A stretch of 64,000 nt of DNA, taken from positions 34,596,001 to 34,660,000 of the forward strand of contig NC_091997.1 in the NCBI RefSeq assembly GCF_044704955.1, read 5' to 3'. The stretch comes from Pristiophorus japonicus. Lineage: Eukaryota. Shown piece after piece: positions 35,210 to 47,000 of the stretch; position 1 is the first letter of the stretch; each line of letters starts with the position of its first letter. Below the pieces are notes generated by a model. That model saw nothing but the letters and a program-made list of their open reading frames with translations. It did not search any database and was not told the DNA's origin. Both the position numbers and the translations under genes were made by a program.

Positions 35210-35810
35210 TTGCTGTGGCTCAGTGGGCAGCACTCTCGCCTCTGAGTCAAAAGGTCGTGGGTTCAAGTCCCACTCCAGGGACTTGAGCACATATTCTATG
35301 CTGACACTCCCAGTGCAGTACTGAGGGAGTGCCGCACTGTCGGAGGGGCAATACTGAAGGAGCGCCGCACTGTCGGAGGGGCAGTACTGAGGGAGCGCCG
35401 CACTGTCGGAGGGGCAGTACTGAGGGAGCGCTGCACTGTCGGAGGGGCAGTACTGAGGGAGCGCTGCACTGTCGGAGGGGCAGCACTGAGGGAGTGCTGC
35501 ACTGTCGGAGGGGCAGTACTGAGGGAGAATCGCATTGTCGGAGGGGCAGTACTGAGGGAGTGCTGCACTGTCGGAGGGGCAGTACTGAGGGAGCATCGGA
35601 GGGGCTGTACTGAGGAAGCATTGGAGAGGCAGTACTGAGGGAGTGCCGCACTGTCAGAGGGACAGCACTGAGGGAGCGCCGCACTGTCGGAGAGACAGTA
35701 CTGAGGGAGCGCTGCACTGTCAGAGGGACAGTACTGAGGGAGCGCCGCACTGTCGGAGAGACAGTACTGAGGGAGCGCTGCACTGTCGGAGGGTCAGTAC
35801 TGAGGGAGCA
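35210..35810 (+). mobile_element. Deu SINE head with ~15-unit 33-bp array, 3' body missing
   Basis: GTGGCTCAGTGG...GGTTCAAGTCCC followed by the tandem array. Confidence 0.85.
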
Positions 35811-36324
35811 GCTACCCTTTACAATGAAGGGTGGGGGTGCTACTCGCTCCCATACCCCGCTTGACGTCCACCCAGTATTCCAAGCCAATCTCCACTCCCC
35901 ATGGGGGCCGGTCAGGAGTGGGGCTCAAACCCAATCCTTCTGATGGAGTCAGTGGTCGATCCAATACGGGGACAATATTTACGCCTGTTTCAGTTGGAGT
36001 AATGTATTAGGAGAGAAATTAGGAAACGCTTCTTCCCGCAAAAGGTGGTGGGAGTGTGGAACTCTCTCCCACAATGAGCAGCAGATGCCGGCTCAATTAA
36101 TCATTTTAAATCTGAGATCGATAGATTTTTGTTAGAATCGGGTATTCTTGGACATGGAGCCAAGGCGGGTGGATGGTGTTAGGATACAGATCGGCCGTGA
36201 TCTCATCGAATGCTCGAGGGGCTGGGTGGCCTGCTCATGTGTGTTTGCGGCTGAGTGGGTGAGTCCTGTCTCTGTGTTGGGCCCTGAGCTGCTGTCTAAG
36301 ACCCCCCTCCTTTACTGTGCTCAG

Positions 36325-36974
36325 GCAGGTGAACGGCCGCTCCGAGGACGCAGTGACCGGTCGCAGTTGGTCACCCTCCCGACCCACCGAGCATCGCAGG
36401 CCTGGGCCACAGCTGCAGGACACCGAGGAGGAGGACTACAAGCAGAGCAAGAAGCAGAGATGTTCGAGCTCCCTGCTGTCCGGCCATGGCTTCGACCCGG
36501 CCTCGGGCAGGAGGCCGCCACACCACGGAGACCCGTCCAGACCCAGCGCGCGGCGCCAACCCTCGCCCTTTCCCGTGGCGGCTTCGCCATGCCTGGCCCG
36601 CCTGGTGTCCCCGCAGCCCTGCTCGCCAGCCGGTATCCCGGCCAGGCCTCGTCGGAGGGACAGCTCCCCGGGTCCTCCTGCCTCTCCCGCGATGTCCGGC
36701 CTGCCTCCCGCCGTGGACAGCGGGCGCACCCTGAGGGTGATGGGACTGTACGCGGACCTGGTGCAGGAGCTCCAGGTTCAGCTGGCGGAGCTGCAGCGGC
36801 GAGGTCGGGTGGAGGCGGAGCTGGGCTCGGCGCGGGAGCGGCACATCGAGGCGCTGGAGGCGGAGAACCGGAGGCTGAAGGACCAGTTGCAGAAACTGGA
36901 GGAGGAGAACGACTTCCTGTCCAGCGGCAATGAGCGGGGCAACACCATGAGGGGTCTGCAAGCGGGAGCACTGG
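36325..36974 (+). CDS. BEN-domain protein, coding exon 2 (Pro/Ser/Arg-rich + coiled coil)
   Basis: gtgctcag|G CAG GTG...; GC-rich open frame ending LVQELQVQLAELQ...IEALEAENRRLKDQLQKLEEENDFL (heptads); donor G|gtaaat phase 1. Confidence 0.85.
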
Positions 36975-38169
36975 GTAAATTTTTTCACATTCTTAGACGC
37001 ATAGACATTCGAATTCTCGAATGAAACAGCACAGGAGAAGGCCACTCGGCCCATCGTGTCGACTCTGTGAAAGAGCGATCCAATTAGTCCCACTCCCCCT
37101 GCTCTGCTAATTTCTCCTTTTCAAGTATTTATCCAGGGCAGATGCAGCACGTGTTAAATACAGATTTAATCTGGTCTGCCTAACCTCAGAAGAGTGCCCC
37201 CTACAGGACGAGTTTAGTGGCATTCTGCCGTCCTGCTGCCTTTGCTTTGTGAGACTGGCAACTTAAAGCCAAATTCTGGGTAAGTTTGTGAAGTACATTC
37301 AGATCCAGCAACGAGACTGCCCCAAACTGCTATCTGGTAACCAGAACTGTACCATCCTGCACCAAACCCCACTCACACATCACCCCTGTGCTCGCTGACC
37401 TACACTGCCTCCCGTCTGGCGACGCCTTGATTTTAAACTTCTCATCTTTGTGTTCAAATCCCTTCATGGTCTTAACCCCTCCCTATCTCTGTAACCTCCT
37501 CCAGCCCTACAACCCTCCCAAGATCTCTGCGCTCCTCCAATTCTGGCCTCTTGTGCATCCCCGATTTTAATTGTTCCACCATTGGCGGCCGTGCCTGGGT
37601 CCTAAGCTCTGGAATTCCCTCATTAAAACTCTCTATCTACTTCTTTAAGGCCCTTCTTAAAACCCATCTCTAGGATCAAGCTGTTACTCGCCTTCTGTTC
37701 CTCCTTCTGTTAATCAGCCTGCATTTTTGACTGACTACACCTCCTGTTAATCATGCTGGGATGTTAAAGGCGCTATAGAGATGCAAGTTGCAACCGAGTG
37801 CTGTCTAACAGTGTCAGGGGTTTAATGGAAGGGTTCTGAGGTTGCAATGCTGCAGTACTGGACCTTTGCCAGCAGAGACCACTAGTGAGCTGGGTAGATT
37901 GTGCTTCCCCCCTGTGTCCAGGTGCAGTACTGCAGTGTTCACAACAGGTTCAATCACAGAGCTGTCATAGAAGGAGGCCATTCAGCCCATCGTGTCTGGG
38001 CCAGCTCTTTACTAGAGCAATCCAAAACTAATCCCACTGCGCTCTCCCCATAGTCCTGCATCTTCCTCTGCTTAAAAAAATTATCCAATTTCTTGTTTAT
38101 CAAATATCAAATAAAACTATTTGTATATAATATACATGCATTGCTTGCTATTTCTTTTTATTTATTTTA

Positions 38170-38988
38170 GGTCAGCAGTGGTTCAGTGAGCAGCACTCTT
38201 GCCTCTGAGTCCCATTCCAGAGATTTGAGCACAAAATCCAGTCTGACACTCCCACTGTCGGAGGGGTGGTAGTGCGGCGCTCCCTCAGTATCAGAGGGGC
38301 AGTACTGAGGGAGCGCTGCACTGTCGGAGGGGCAGTACTGAGGGAGCGCTGCACTGTCAGAGGGGCAGTACTGAGGGAGGGGCGGTACTGAGGGAGCGCT
38401 GCACTGTCGGAGGGGCAGTACTGAGGGAGCGCTGCACTATCAGAGGGGCAGTACTGAGGGAGCGCCACACTGTCGGAGGGGCAGTACTGAGGGAGCGCCG
38501 CACTGTCGGAGGGGCAGTACTGAGGGAGCGCCGCACTGTCGGAGGGGCAGTACTGAGGGAGCGCCGCACTATCAGAGGGGCAGTGCTGAGGGAGCGCAGT
38601 ACTGAGGGAGCGCCGCACTGTCTGAGGGGCAGTACTGGGGGAGCGTTGCACTGTTGGAGGTGCCGTCTTTTGGATGAGAAGTTAAACCGAGGCCCCGTCT
38701 GCCCTCCCAAGTGGATGTAAAAGATCACATGGCACTATTTTGAAGAAGAGCAGGGGAGTTCCCCCCCACCCCCCCAGTGTCCTGGCCGATATTTATTTCT
38801 CAATCAACTTCACTAAAAAAGAGATGATCTGATCATTATCACAATGCTGTTTGTGGGAGATTACTGTGCGTAAATTGAATGCTTCCCACATTACAACACT
38901 GACTACACTTCAAAAGGTACTTCATTGGCTGTAAAGCGCTTTGGGACGTCCGGAGGTTGTGAAAGATGTTATAGAAATGCAAGTCTTT
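38170..38988 (+). mobile_element. Deu SINE with ~11-unit 33-bp array
   Basis: Head, array, Deu body and tail ending about 25 nt before the exon-3 acceptor. Confidence 0.85.
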
Positions 38989-39011
38989 GTTTTCTGTCTT
39001 TATTTATCCAG

Positions 39012-39082
39012 ATGCATCCAAAAAGAACATAACATTCCTGAAGGACCTTGTTGAATTGCTCGAATCGAATATGGACGTCCAG
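39012..39082 (+). CDS. BEN-domain protein, coding exon 3 (71 bp)
   Basis: ttatccag|(D)ASKKNITFLKDLVELLESNMDVQ|gtcagt; phases 1->0 fit. Confidence 0.8.
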
Positions 39083-39329
39083 GTCAGTGTTGATGCTTCT
39101 AAACTGAGTCTGAGGAACAGGAGGCAGCCATTCAGCCCCTCGAGCCTATTCCACCATTCAGTGAGATCACGGCTGATCTGTATCTTAACTCCATCCACCC
39201 GCCCTGGTTCTATACCCTTGCCGAGCAAAAATCTCTTAATCTCAGATTAAGAATGATGAATTGAGCCCCCTGGGGTATTTAGGACCACCCACAGCCATCT
39301 CTTTACTCGTGCCTTGTTTGTTGTCTCAG

Positions 39330-39587
39330 GACCCGCCGTCTGACAGTAAGTTGCCGCTGGTTCCATTGAGTCTGCCGTCCTTTCTGGTTGCCGAGGAGAC
39401 TCTTGGCCCCGTCGAGCTGTACAGGGAGGTCAGTGACTGCCCCGGGGTCATCGCTACATGGAACAGGCTGGAGGAGAGTGCAGCCAGCCCCCTGCGGTAT
39501 CCAGACATCCGGGGCCTGGCCTTCTGGGACACTGCCATCAAAGACACCCTGCCGGATGGCTCACTGGTGTGGGCCTGCCCTGTCGAG
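39330..39587 (+). CDS. BEN-domain protein, coding exon 4 (258 bp)
   Basis: ttgtctcag|DPPSDSKLP...GSLVWACPVE|gtaggg; phase 0->0. Confidence 0.75.
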
Positions 39588-39694
39588 GTAGGGTCAGTTC
39601 CACCCCCCTTTAATGTGAAAGAAAACGATGGGTAAAGGCCACCCCTGATCACGATATCTCTTATTTGCTCCAAAACTCTGCTGCCTGTATCCTA

Positions 39695-40662
39695 AAGAAA
39701 GAAAGACTTACATTTATACAGCACCTTTCACGACCCCCCGATGTCCCAAAGCACATTTCAGCCAATGAAGTACTTTTGGAGTATAGTCACTGCTGTAATG
39801 TAGGAAACGCGGCAGCCAATTTGCACACAGAAAGCTCCCACAAACAGCAATGTGATAATGATCAGATTATCTGTTTTAGTTATGTTGGTTGCGGGATAAA
39901 TATTGGCCAGGACACCGGGGATAACTCCCCTTCTCTTCTTCAAAATAGAGCCATAAGATCTTTTGCGTCCACCTGAGAGGGCAGACGGGGCCTCGGTTTA
40001 ACGTTCCATCCGAAAGACGACCCCTCCGACAGTGCGGCGCTCCCTCAGTACAGCCCCTCCGACAGTGCGGCGCTCCATCAGTACTGCCCCTCCGACCGTG
40101 CGGCACTCCCTCAGTACGGCCCCTCTGACAGTGTAGCGCTCCCTCAGTACTGCCCCTCTGACAGTGTAGCGCTCCCTCAGTACTGCCCCTCTGACAGTGT
40201 AGTGCTCCCTCAGTACTGCCCCTCCGACAGTGCTCGCTGACCTACATTGGCTCCTGGTCCGGCAACACCTCGATTTCAAAATTCTCATCCTTGTTTTCAA
40301 CTTCCTGCACGGCCTCACTCCTCCCTATCTCTATAACCTCCTCCAGCCCTACAACCCCCCCTGAGATCTCTGTGCTCCTCCAGTTCTGACCTCTTGAGCA
40401 TCCCGATTTTCATCGCTCCACCATCGATGGCCGTGCCTTCAGCTGCCTGGGCCCTAAGCTCTGGAATTCCCTCCCTAAACCTCTCTACCTCTGTTTAAGA
40501 CGCTCCTTAAAATTTACCTCTGACCAAACTTTTGGCCACCTGTCCTAATATCTCTCAAGCGGCTCGGTGTCAGATTGTGTCGGATTACGCTCCTGTGAAG
40601 CGCCTTGGGATGTTTTACTACATTGAAGGTGCTATATTAATGCACATCGTTGTTGTTGTTGT
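39695..40662. mobile_element. Minus-strand Deu SINE with ~6-unit array (39695-40232) fused to a plus-strand L2 3' fragment (40228-40662)
   Basis: Family motifs; the L2 (GTT)n tail abuts the exon-5 acceptor. Confidence 0.8.
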
Positions 40663-40669
40663 TAACCAG

Positions 40670-40916
40670 GCAAATGGGAGACCGAAGGCAGAGCTGATAC
40701 CTGGCTCAGGTGTGTACCTCACCAACCGGGAGGTGGACGAACTCTCGCAGGTCTCCCGAGATAAGCCCAAGCTGATGACTCGGAAGCTCCTGGGGTATTT
40801 CTTTTCGCATCAGACATTGGCGCGGTCGTCAGCCCGGGGTGAGCGCATCGCCCACAACAAGACCACCTTGGAGAAGCCCATCTGCTTACCTACTGCTGTC
40901 ACAGACACCATCAAAG
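40670..40916 (+). CDS. BEN-domain protein, coding exon 5 (BEN domain, N-terminal part)
   Basis: ELIPGSGVYLT...KPKLMTRKLLGYFFSHQTLARSSARG...LPTAVTDTIK parallels the BEN domain of NACC1/2 (ELVTGTNVYIT...[22 protein letters not shown]); donor G|gtgagg. Confidence 0.9.
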
Positions 40917-41320
40917 GTGAGGGGGGTTGGGGGGTGAGGGTTGGGGGTGAGGGGTGGGGTTGGGGGGGTGAGGGTTGGTGGGGTGAGGGGTGGGGATGAG
41001 AGTTAGGGGGGGTGAGGGTTGGGGTTGGGGGTTGGGTTTGGGGTGAGGGTTGAGGATGAGGGGGGGTGGGGGTTGTGGTTGAGGGTGAGAATTGGGGTGG
41101 GGGTGAGGGTTGGGGTGGGGGGTGAGGGTTGCGATTGGATGGTGAGTGTTGGGGGGATGAGGATTGGGGGTGGGGGTTGGGGGGTGAGGGGTTGGAGGTG
41201 AGGGTTGGGCATGAGAGGTGAGGGGTTGGGGTGAGGGGTGGGGGTTGGTGGGGTGAGGGGTTGGGGTGTGAGGGATTGGAGGTGTGTGGGTGGGGGTTGG
41301 GGTTGGGGTGGGGTTGAGGA
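40917..41320 (+). repeat. G-rich degenerate (GGGTGA/GGGTTG)n tract starting at the exon-5 donor
   Basis: About 17 GTGAG motifs among G-runs; strong G-quadruplex potential. Confidence 0.85.
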
Positions 41321-42327
41321 GGAGCAAGGCTGCAGTTTCACCGCTCTCCTGCTGGTGGAGCTGCTGAGAACACCATCCAACAGCTCCCCCGACGGATACA
41401 TGTGGTACTGCAGCAAGGTGTCAAACCCATTATTATTCAAAAGTATAAATTCTTTGTACCACCACATACAGACCGATCACCAGCAACCCAGGGGAGGCCA
41501 TATTGACTGTCTGGGGCATTAATTCAGGAGAGAACATTTGTTGACCCTGGCCCACCCCCTGACCATGACCTGCCCCCTGACCCTGGCCCACCCCCGACCC
41601 TAACCTGCCCCATGAACCTGACACGACCCCTGGGTTCTTGGTTCCATTCATGTTTACTGCAACAGTTCCTGCCACTCTCATGGTCTTCTCTGATGTCACC
41701 CGATGATGTTATCAGACGATGCCATGACATAATCCCTGAAACAATCCATGGGGAGGGGGGCAGGGAAAAGAGCGAAACTGATGGAAACAGAATGTGAATC
41801 TGCACCGTCTGCACTTTAAGCTCTCTGAGCATTGCTAACAGTGATCAGAGGCCGGTTGTTGTGGGATTTCAGTTTGTTGTCAGTAATTTTAGTGACCACA
41901 GATTCCAGATGAAGACCCTTGTCCGGTCACTCTGGGGCTGGGTCACCATGCACCATCTTCAATTTAATGTCAATCTGCTCTTTCTGATCTTTGGTCAGTA
42001 AAATGAGCTTTTCTTTTAGAAAATATTTACAACAATTGGGTGTTACAAAATCACAATTAGTGTCAATGCCACTGGGTTGGAGAGAGGAGAAATCAGCCAG
42101 GGTTCCTGCTCCTGATCACTGCCCAGGGTCCCCAGAGGTGAAGTGTGTGTGCGTGCACAGGATCAGGTCTGGTTATGATGCCCCCATTGTTGAATAACCC
42201 ATTGACACGGTGAATGGGGGAGGGGCTGGTGCCTGCAGAGGCCTCAGGACACAAGATAGGGAAAGGTGGAGATGAATTCTGAGTTTTGAACAATAAATGG
42301 TTTGTTTCTCTTTTAACTCTGTTGCAG

Positions 42328-42437
42328 ATTACGTGACGTTTGTGTGTGGGCGGGGATGTGACTTTAACGCTGTGATTAACAGCAAGTGTGCCACTTCCAG
42401 GAGGACAGTGCGGAAACTGACAGAGAAGATGAAGTGA
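42328..42437 (+). CDS. BEN-domain protein, coding exon 6 (BEN domain, C-terminal helix)
   Basis: ctgttgcag|(D)YVTFVCGRGCDFNAVINSKCATSRRTVRKLTEKMK*, resembling the BEN terminal helix (N..I...C...RR). The joined CDS is 1611 nt = 536 aa. Confidence 0.9.
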
Positions 42438-42454
42438 AACAAATCGGCTGTTGC

Positions 42455-42995
42455 ACAGAAAGAAAGACTTGCATTTATATAGCACCATTCGTGACCACCG
42501 GACTTTTCAAAGCGCTTTACAGCCAATGAAGTATAGTCACTGTTGTAATGTGGGAAACGCGGCAGCCAATTTGCACACAGCAAGCTCCCACAAACAGCAA
42601 TGTGATAATGATCAGATAATCTGTTTTTGTTATGTTGACTGAAGGATAAATAACTCCCCTGGTTGTCTTCGAAATAATGCCGTGGGATCTTTTATGTCTA
42701 CCTGAGAGGGCAGACGGGGCCTTGGTTTAACGTCTCATCAGAAAGACGGTACCTCCAACAGTGCAGCACTCCCTCAGTACTGCCCCTCCGACAGTGCAGC
42801 ACTCCCTCAGTACTGCTCCTCTGACAGTGCAGCACTCCCTCAGTACTGCTCCTCCGACAGTGCAGCACTCCCTCAGTACTGCCCCTCTAGGAGTGTCAGC
42901 CTAGATTTTTGTGCTCAAGTCTCTGAAGTGGGACTTGAACCCACAACCTTCTGACTTTGAGGTGAGTGTGCTCCCACTGAGCCACAGCTGACACT
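42455..42995 (-). mobile_element. Full-length Deu SINE (~4 units), antisense in the presumed 3' UTR of the BEN gene
   Basis: Begins about 20 nt after the stop codon. Confidence 0.85.
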
Positions 42996-43365
42996 GAGAA
43001 GGAGGGGAGCGCGCAGCGAAGTCTATCAAGATCCTTTCTCTTCAAGCTGCCTTGGACAACCTTTCACCTCTTTATTCTCCCAGAAGCCAACGACTTTAAC
43101 CCAACGAACTTGTTGCTGCTTTGCCGGAAGGGAAGGAAAGTTTGTTTTAAATCTGCAGGGACATTATTAACCACAGCAATAAGCCGCCTGACTAGACGTG
43201 GATGGGGAATCGGAGGAGAGAGCCTGCACGCGGTTTGCAGGAGCATTGGGCCATTTTAAAAGGAAACGGGAGTGGGGAGCAAAAATAGTGTGAATTTGAT
43301 ATCTTGATCTCAGAGTTTTGCGCACTGCTGTATTACTGTTAGCTTCACTGTACGAACATCTTGTA

Positions 43366-43371
43366 ATTAAA
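43366..43371 (+). terminator. Candidate polyadenylation signal ATTAAA of the BEN gene
   Basis: Followed by U/GU-rich sequence. No transcript evidence. Confidence 0.35.
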
Positions 43372-43599
43372 CATTTCCTACTTTATGTTTCTTTGTCACT
43401 GAATTCAGCTTCAGGGAGAAGACTCTGGAGGGGGAAAGATATTTCAATCCAAATTTTAAAATGATGCCAAATACTCTCCCTGTTCTCTTCGCAACTTTTT
43501 ATAAATCTTTATAAGTATTTGTCACTTCTCCCCCTTCCCTAAAGATGCTGCTGCTTAGTTATTTATCCCAGATATTAGCAGCTCTCTGCATTTCCACAG

Positions 43600-44305
43600 G
43601 GCCTTTCATCACCTCAGGGCCTCCCAAAGCGCTTTACAGCCAATGAAGTACTTTTGGAGTGTAGTCACTGTTGTAATGTGGGAAACGCGGCAGCCAATTT
43701 GCACACAGCAAGCTCCCACAAACAACAATGTGATAATGACCAGATAATCTGTTTTAGTGATGTTGATTAAGGGATAAATATTGGCCCAGGACACTGGGGA
43801 TAACTCCCCTGCTCTTCTTCAAAATAGTGCCATTGGATCTTTTATGTCCACCTGAGAGGGCAGACGGGGCCTCGGTTTAACCTCTCATCCGACAGTGCAG
43901 CAGTCTGACAGTGCAGCACTCCCTCAGTACTGCCCCTCCAATAGTGCGGCGTTCCCTCAGTATGCCCCTCCGACAGTGCGTTGTTCCCTCAGTACTGCCC
44001 CTCCGACAGTGCGGCACTCCCTCAGTACTGCCCCTCCGACAGTGCGGCGTTCCCTCAGTACTGCCCCTCTGACAGTGCGGCGCTCCCTCAGTACTGCTCC
44101 TCCGACAGTGCAGCGCTCCCTCAGTACTGCCCCTCCGAGCGTGCGGCGCTCCCTCAGTACTGCCCCTCCGACCATGCGGCGCTCCCTCAGCACTGCACTG
44201 GGAGTGTCAGCCTAGATTTTTGTGCTCAAGTCTCAGGAGTGGGACTTAAACCCACGATCTTCTGACTCAGAGGCGAGGGTGCTGCCCACTGAGCCACAGC
44301 TGACA
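43600..44305 (-). mobile_element. Deu SINE with ~9-unit array
   Basis: Family motifs. Confidence 0.85.
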
Positions 44306-44649
44306 CAACTTATAATATGGGGGGAGGGGTATAAATCACGTGACCCTCTGGAATCGAGTTGTTTCTAAGGTGACACACTTGCAGATGGAAGATTGGACCC
44401 GAGTCAAAGCTCTGTGGCAGGATCAGTATTCTGGTTCAAAGTCAGCCTGCTCTGCAGTCGAGGTGTATGTGTCCCCATCGCATCAACATTCAGATCCAGA
44501 ATACTTATCTTCAGATGCTTCTCTGCACCTGTTACATCCCAGCTCTGCAATATTCAGGTGTAGCTCTCACTACTGAGTGAGAAGGTTTTGGGTTGACCTT
44601 GGGATGTTTTACTGCATTAAAGGCGCTATTTAAATGCAAGTTGTTGTTG

Positions 44650-45432
44650 TTCAAAGTCCCACTCGAGAGACTTGAGTGCATAATCTAGACCGACACTCCC
44701 AGTGCAGTACGGAAGGAGTGCTGCATTGTCGGAGGGGCAGTACTGAGGGGGTGTTGTACTGTCGGAGGGGCGGTACTGAAGGGGTGCTGCACTGTTGGAG
44801 GGGCAGTACTGAGGGAGCGCCGCACTGTTGGAGGGGCAGTACTGAGGGAGTGCCGCACTGTCGGAGGGGCAGTACTGAGGGAGCGCTGCACTGTCGGAGG
44901 GGCAGTACTGAGGGAGCGCCACACTGTCGGAGGGGCAGTACTGAGGGAGCGCCGCACTGTCGGAGGGGCAGTACTGAGGGAGCGCCGCACTGTCGGAGGG
45001 GCAGTACTGAGGGAGCGCCGCACTGTCGGAGGGGCAGTACTGAGGGAGCGCCGCACTGTCGGAGGGGCAGTACTGAGGGAGCGCCGCACTGTCGGAGGGG
45101 CAGTACTGAGGGAGTGCCGCACTGTCGGAGGGGCAGTACTGAGAGAGTGCCGCACTGTCGGAGGGGCAGTACTGAGGGAGCGCCGCACTGTCGGAGGGGC
45201 AGTACTGAGGGTGTGCCGCACTGTTGGAGGGGCAGTACTGAGGGAGTGCCGCACTGTTGGAGGGGCAGTACTGAGGGAGTGTGCACTGTCGAAGGGACAA
45301 TACTGAGGGAGTGCTGCACTGTTGGAGGGGCAATACTGAGGGAGCACTGCACTGTTGGAGGGGCAGTACTGAGGGTGTGCCGCACTGTTGGAGAGGCAGT
45401 ACTGAGGGAGCGCCGCACTGTCGGAGGGGCAG
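44650..45432 (+). mobile_element. Deu SINE 5' part with ~22-unit 33-bp array
   Basis: TTCAAAGTCCCACTC head remnant followed by a homogeneous array. Confidence 0.85.
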
Positions 45433-45439
45433 TCTTTCA

Positions 45440-45697
45440 ACTATTTTAGTTGTGCACTTTAAACAAATATCCCCTGGAAGGGGGGGGTCACACGCCAAAA
45501 TACATTTTTTTCCAGTGGCCCTTTTTATTGGGGGGGGGGGTAGTTTAGGGAACTAAAAAGATAAATTATACAAATACCCCCTGGCTAAAAGGGGGGGAGG
45601 GCACTAAAACTGGCAAATTAAACAAATTAAACTTTAGACATAAAATCAAATTAAAATTTGGTTGCCGGGGGTGATGATGCACGCCAGTCCCTCCGGC
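45440..45697 (-). mobile_element. Tx1/L1-clade LINE 3' fragment
   Basis: Minus strand encodes PEGLACIITPGNQILI* and ends ACTAAAATAGT; same family as 15452-15886. Confidence 0.7.
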
Positions 45698-46859
45698 AGC
45701 TGAAATGGGAAAGTTCAGTGTGGTCATCGGAGCAAGGACAGGGTCAAGCTTGGCTGTGCTGCTCTCGTGGTGGAATAGCCTGCTCCTCACACATGGTCAT
45801 CAGGATTTGGGTGATGGGAAGACTTTGGAGACGGTTCAGAGGAAAGCAACAGGAGTGATCTGCAGTGTGGGAGAGACGATCTGTAGTAACGACGTGTTAA
45901 ACCAGAAACCTTCAACTTTGATAAGATGCTGTTATCCCAGTAAATATTAACGAGATAGTGAATGTGAACCCTTCAGAGTCACCAGGGCAGTGGGGCAATG
46001 GGCACAGGGCCAGAGTGTGAAGGGCTAGTTCAGGACTGAAATCAGTGAGTGTTTGTTTACACAGAGAAAGAAAAATACTTGCATTTATGTAGCGCCTTTC
46101 ACAACCACTGGACGACCCAAAGTGCTTTACAGCCCAAGAATTGCTTTAAAAAAAAAATGTATGGTCACTGTTGTAGGAAACACGGCAGCCAATTTGCGCA
46201 CAGCAAGATCCCACATACAGCAAAGTGATAATGACCAGATAATCTGATTTAAATGATGTAGGTTGAGAGATAAATATTGGTCCCAGGACAACCACGCTCT
46301 TCTTTGAAATAGCGCCATGGGATCTTTTACGGGCGATTAACAACTGGAACAGGTTTGCCAGTGACAATGATTTAACAAAGAACGCTGGCTTGGTGCAATG
46401 GGGAGATGTTGGGTCGATATTCTGGGAACTCTTTCACCTGAAACGATCTGGCAAAGTATCGGAAGGTGTCTGAGAACAGGAGCCAGTGCCTCAGGACAGG
46501 GAAGTAAAGAATTGGGGGATGGGATGGGGGTGAGTGATAAGATTCTGAGGGGGCTTGACAGGATAGATGCTGAGAGTATGTTTCCCCTTGAGGGAGAATC
46601 TCGAACTAGGGTGCATAGTTTCAGAATAAGGGCTCACCCATTTAAGACGGAGATGTGGAGGAATTTCTTCTCTCAGAGGGTTGTAAATCTGTACCCCAGA
46701 GAGCTGTGGAGGCTGGGTCATTGAATATATTTAAGGTAGAGATAGACAGATTTTTGAATGATAAGGGAGTCACGGGTTATGGGGAACGGGCAGGGAAGTG
46801 GAGTTGAGGCCAATATCAGATCAGCCATGATCTTATTGAATCCTGAGTTTGAATTACTG

Positions 46860-47000
46860 ACCCTTCCCTCTGCCCTCAACTCTCCCTGATTCAGCGCACT
46901 CCCCTAACTCTGCTCACTCCCCCTGACTCGGCTCACTCCCCCGACTCTGCTCATTCCCCCTAACTCTGCTAACTCCCCCTGACTCTGCTCACTCCCCACC
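46860..47000. repeat. ~19-20-bp C-rich tandem repeat
   Basis: CTCTGCTCACTCCCCCTGA variants, about 7 copies. Confidence 0.75.

Noticed and set aside
36148-37093. Overlapping alternative-frame and antisense ORFs of 216-261 aa
   Set aside because: By-products of GC-rich BEN exon 2; only the 36317 frame fits the splice phases and encodes a coiled coil.
39588-39631. Alternative donor GG|gtaaag for BEN exon 4
   Set aside because: Phase 2, incompatible with the phase-0 acceptor at 40670; the 39587 donor keeps the frame.
44626-45498. ORFs of 230-355 aa with PQYCPSDSAAL / CRRGSTEGAPH repeats (also at 35204-35888 and 52440-53509)
   Set aside because: Stop-free frames of the 33-bp SINE array, open on both strands simultaneously.
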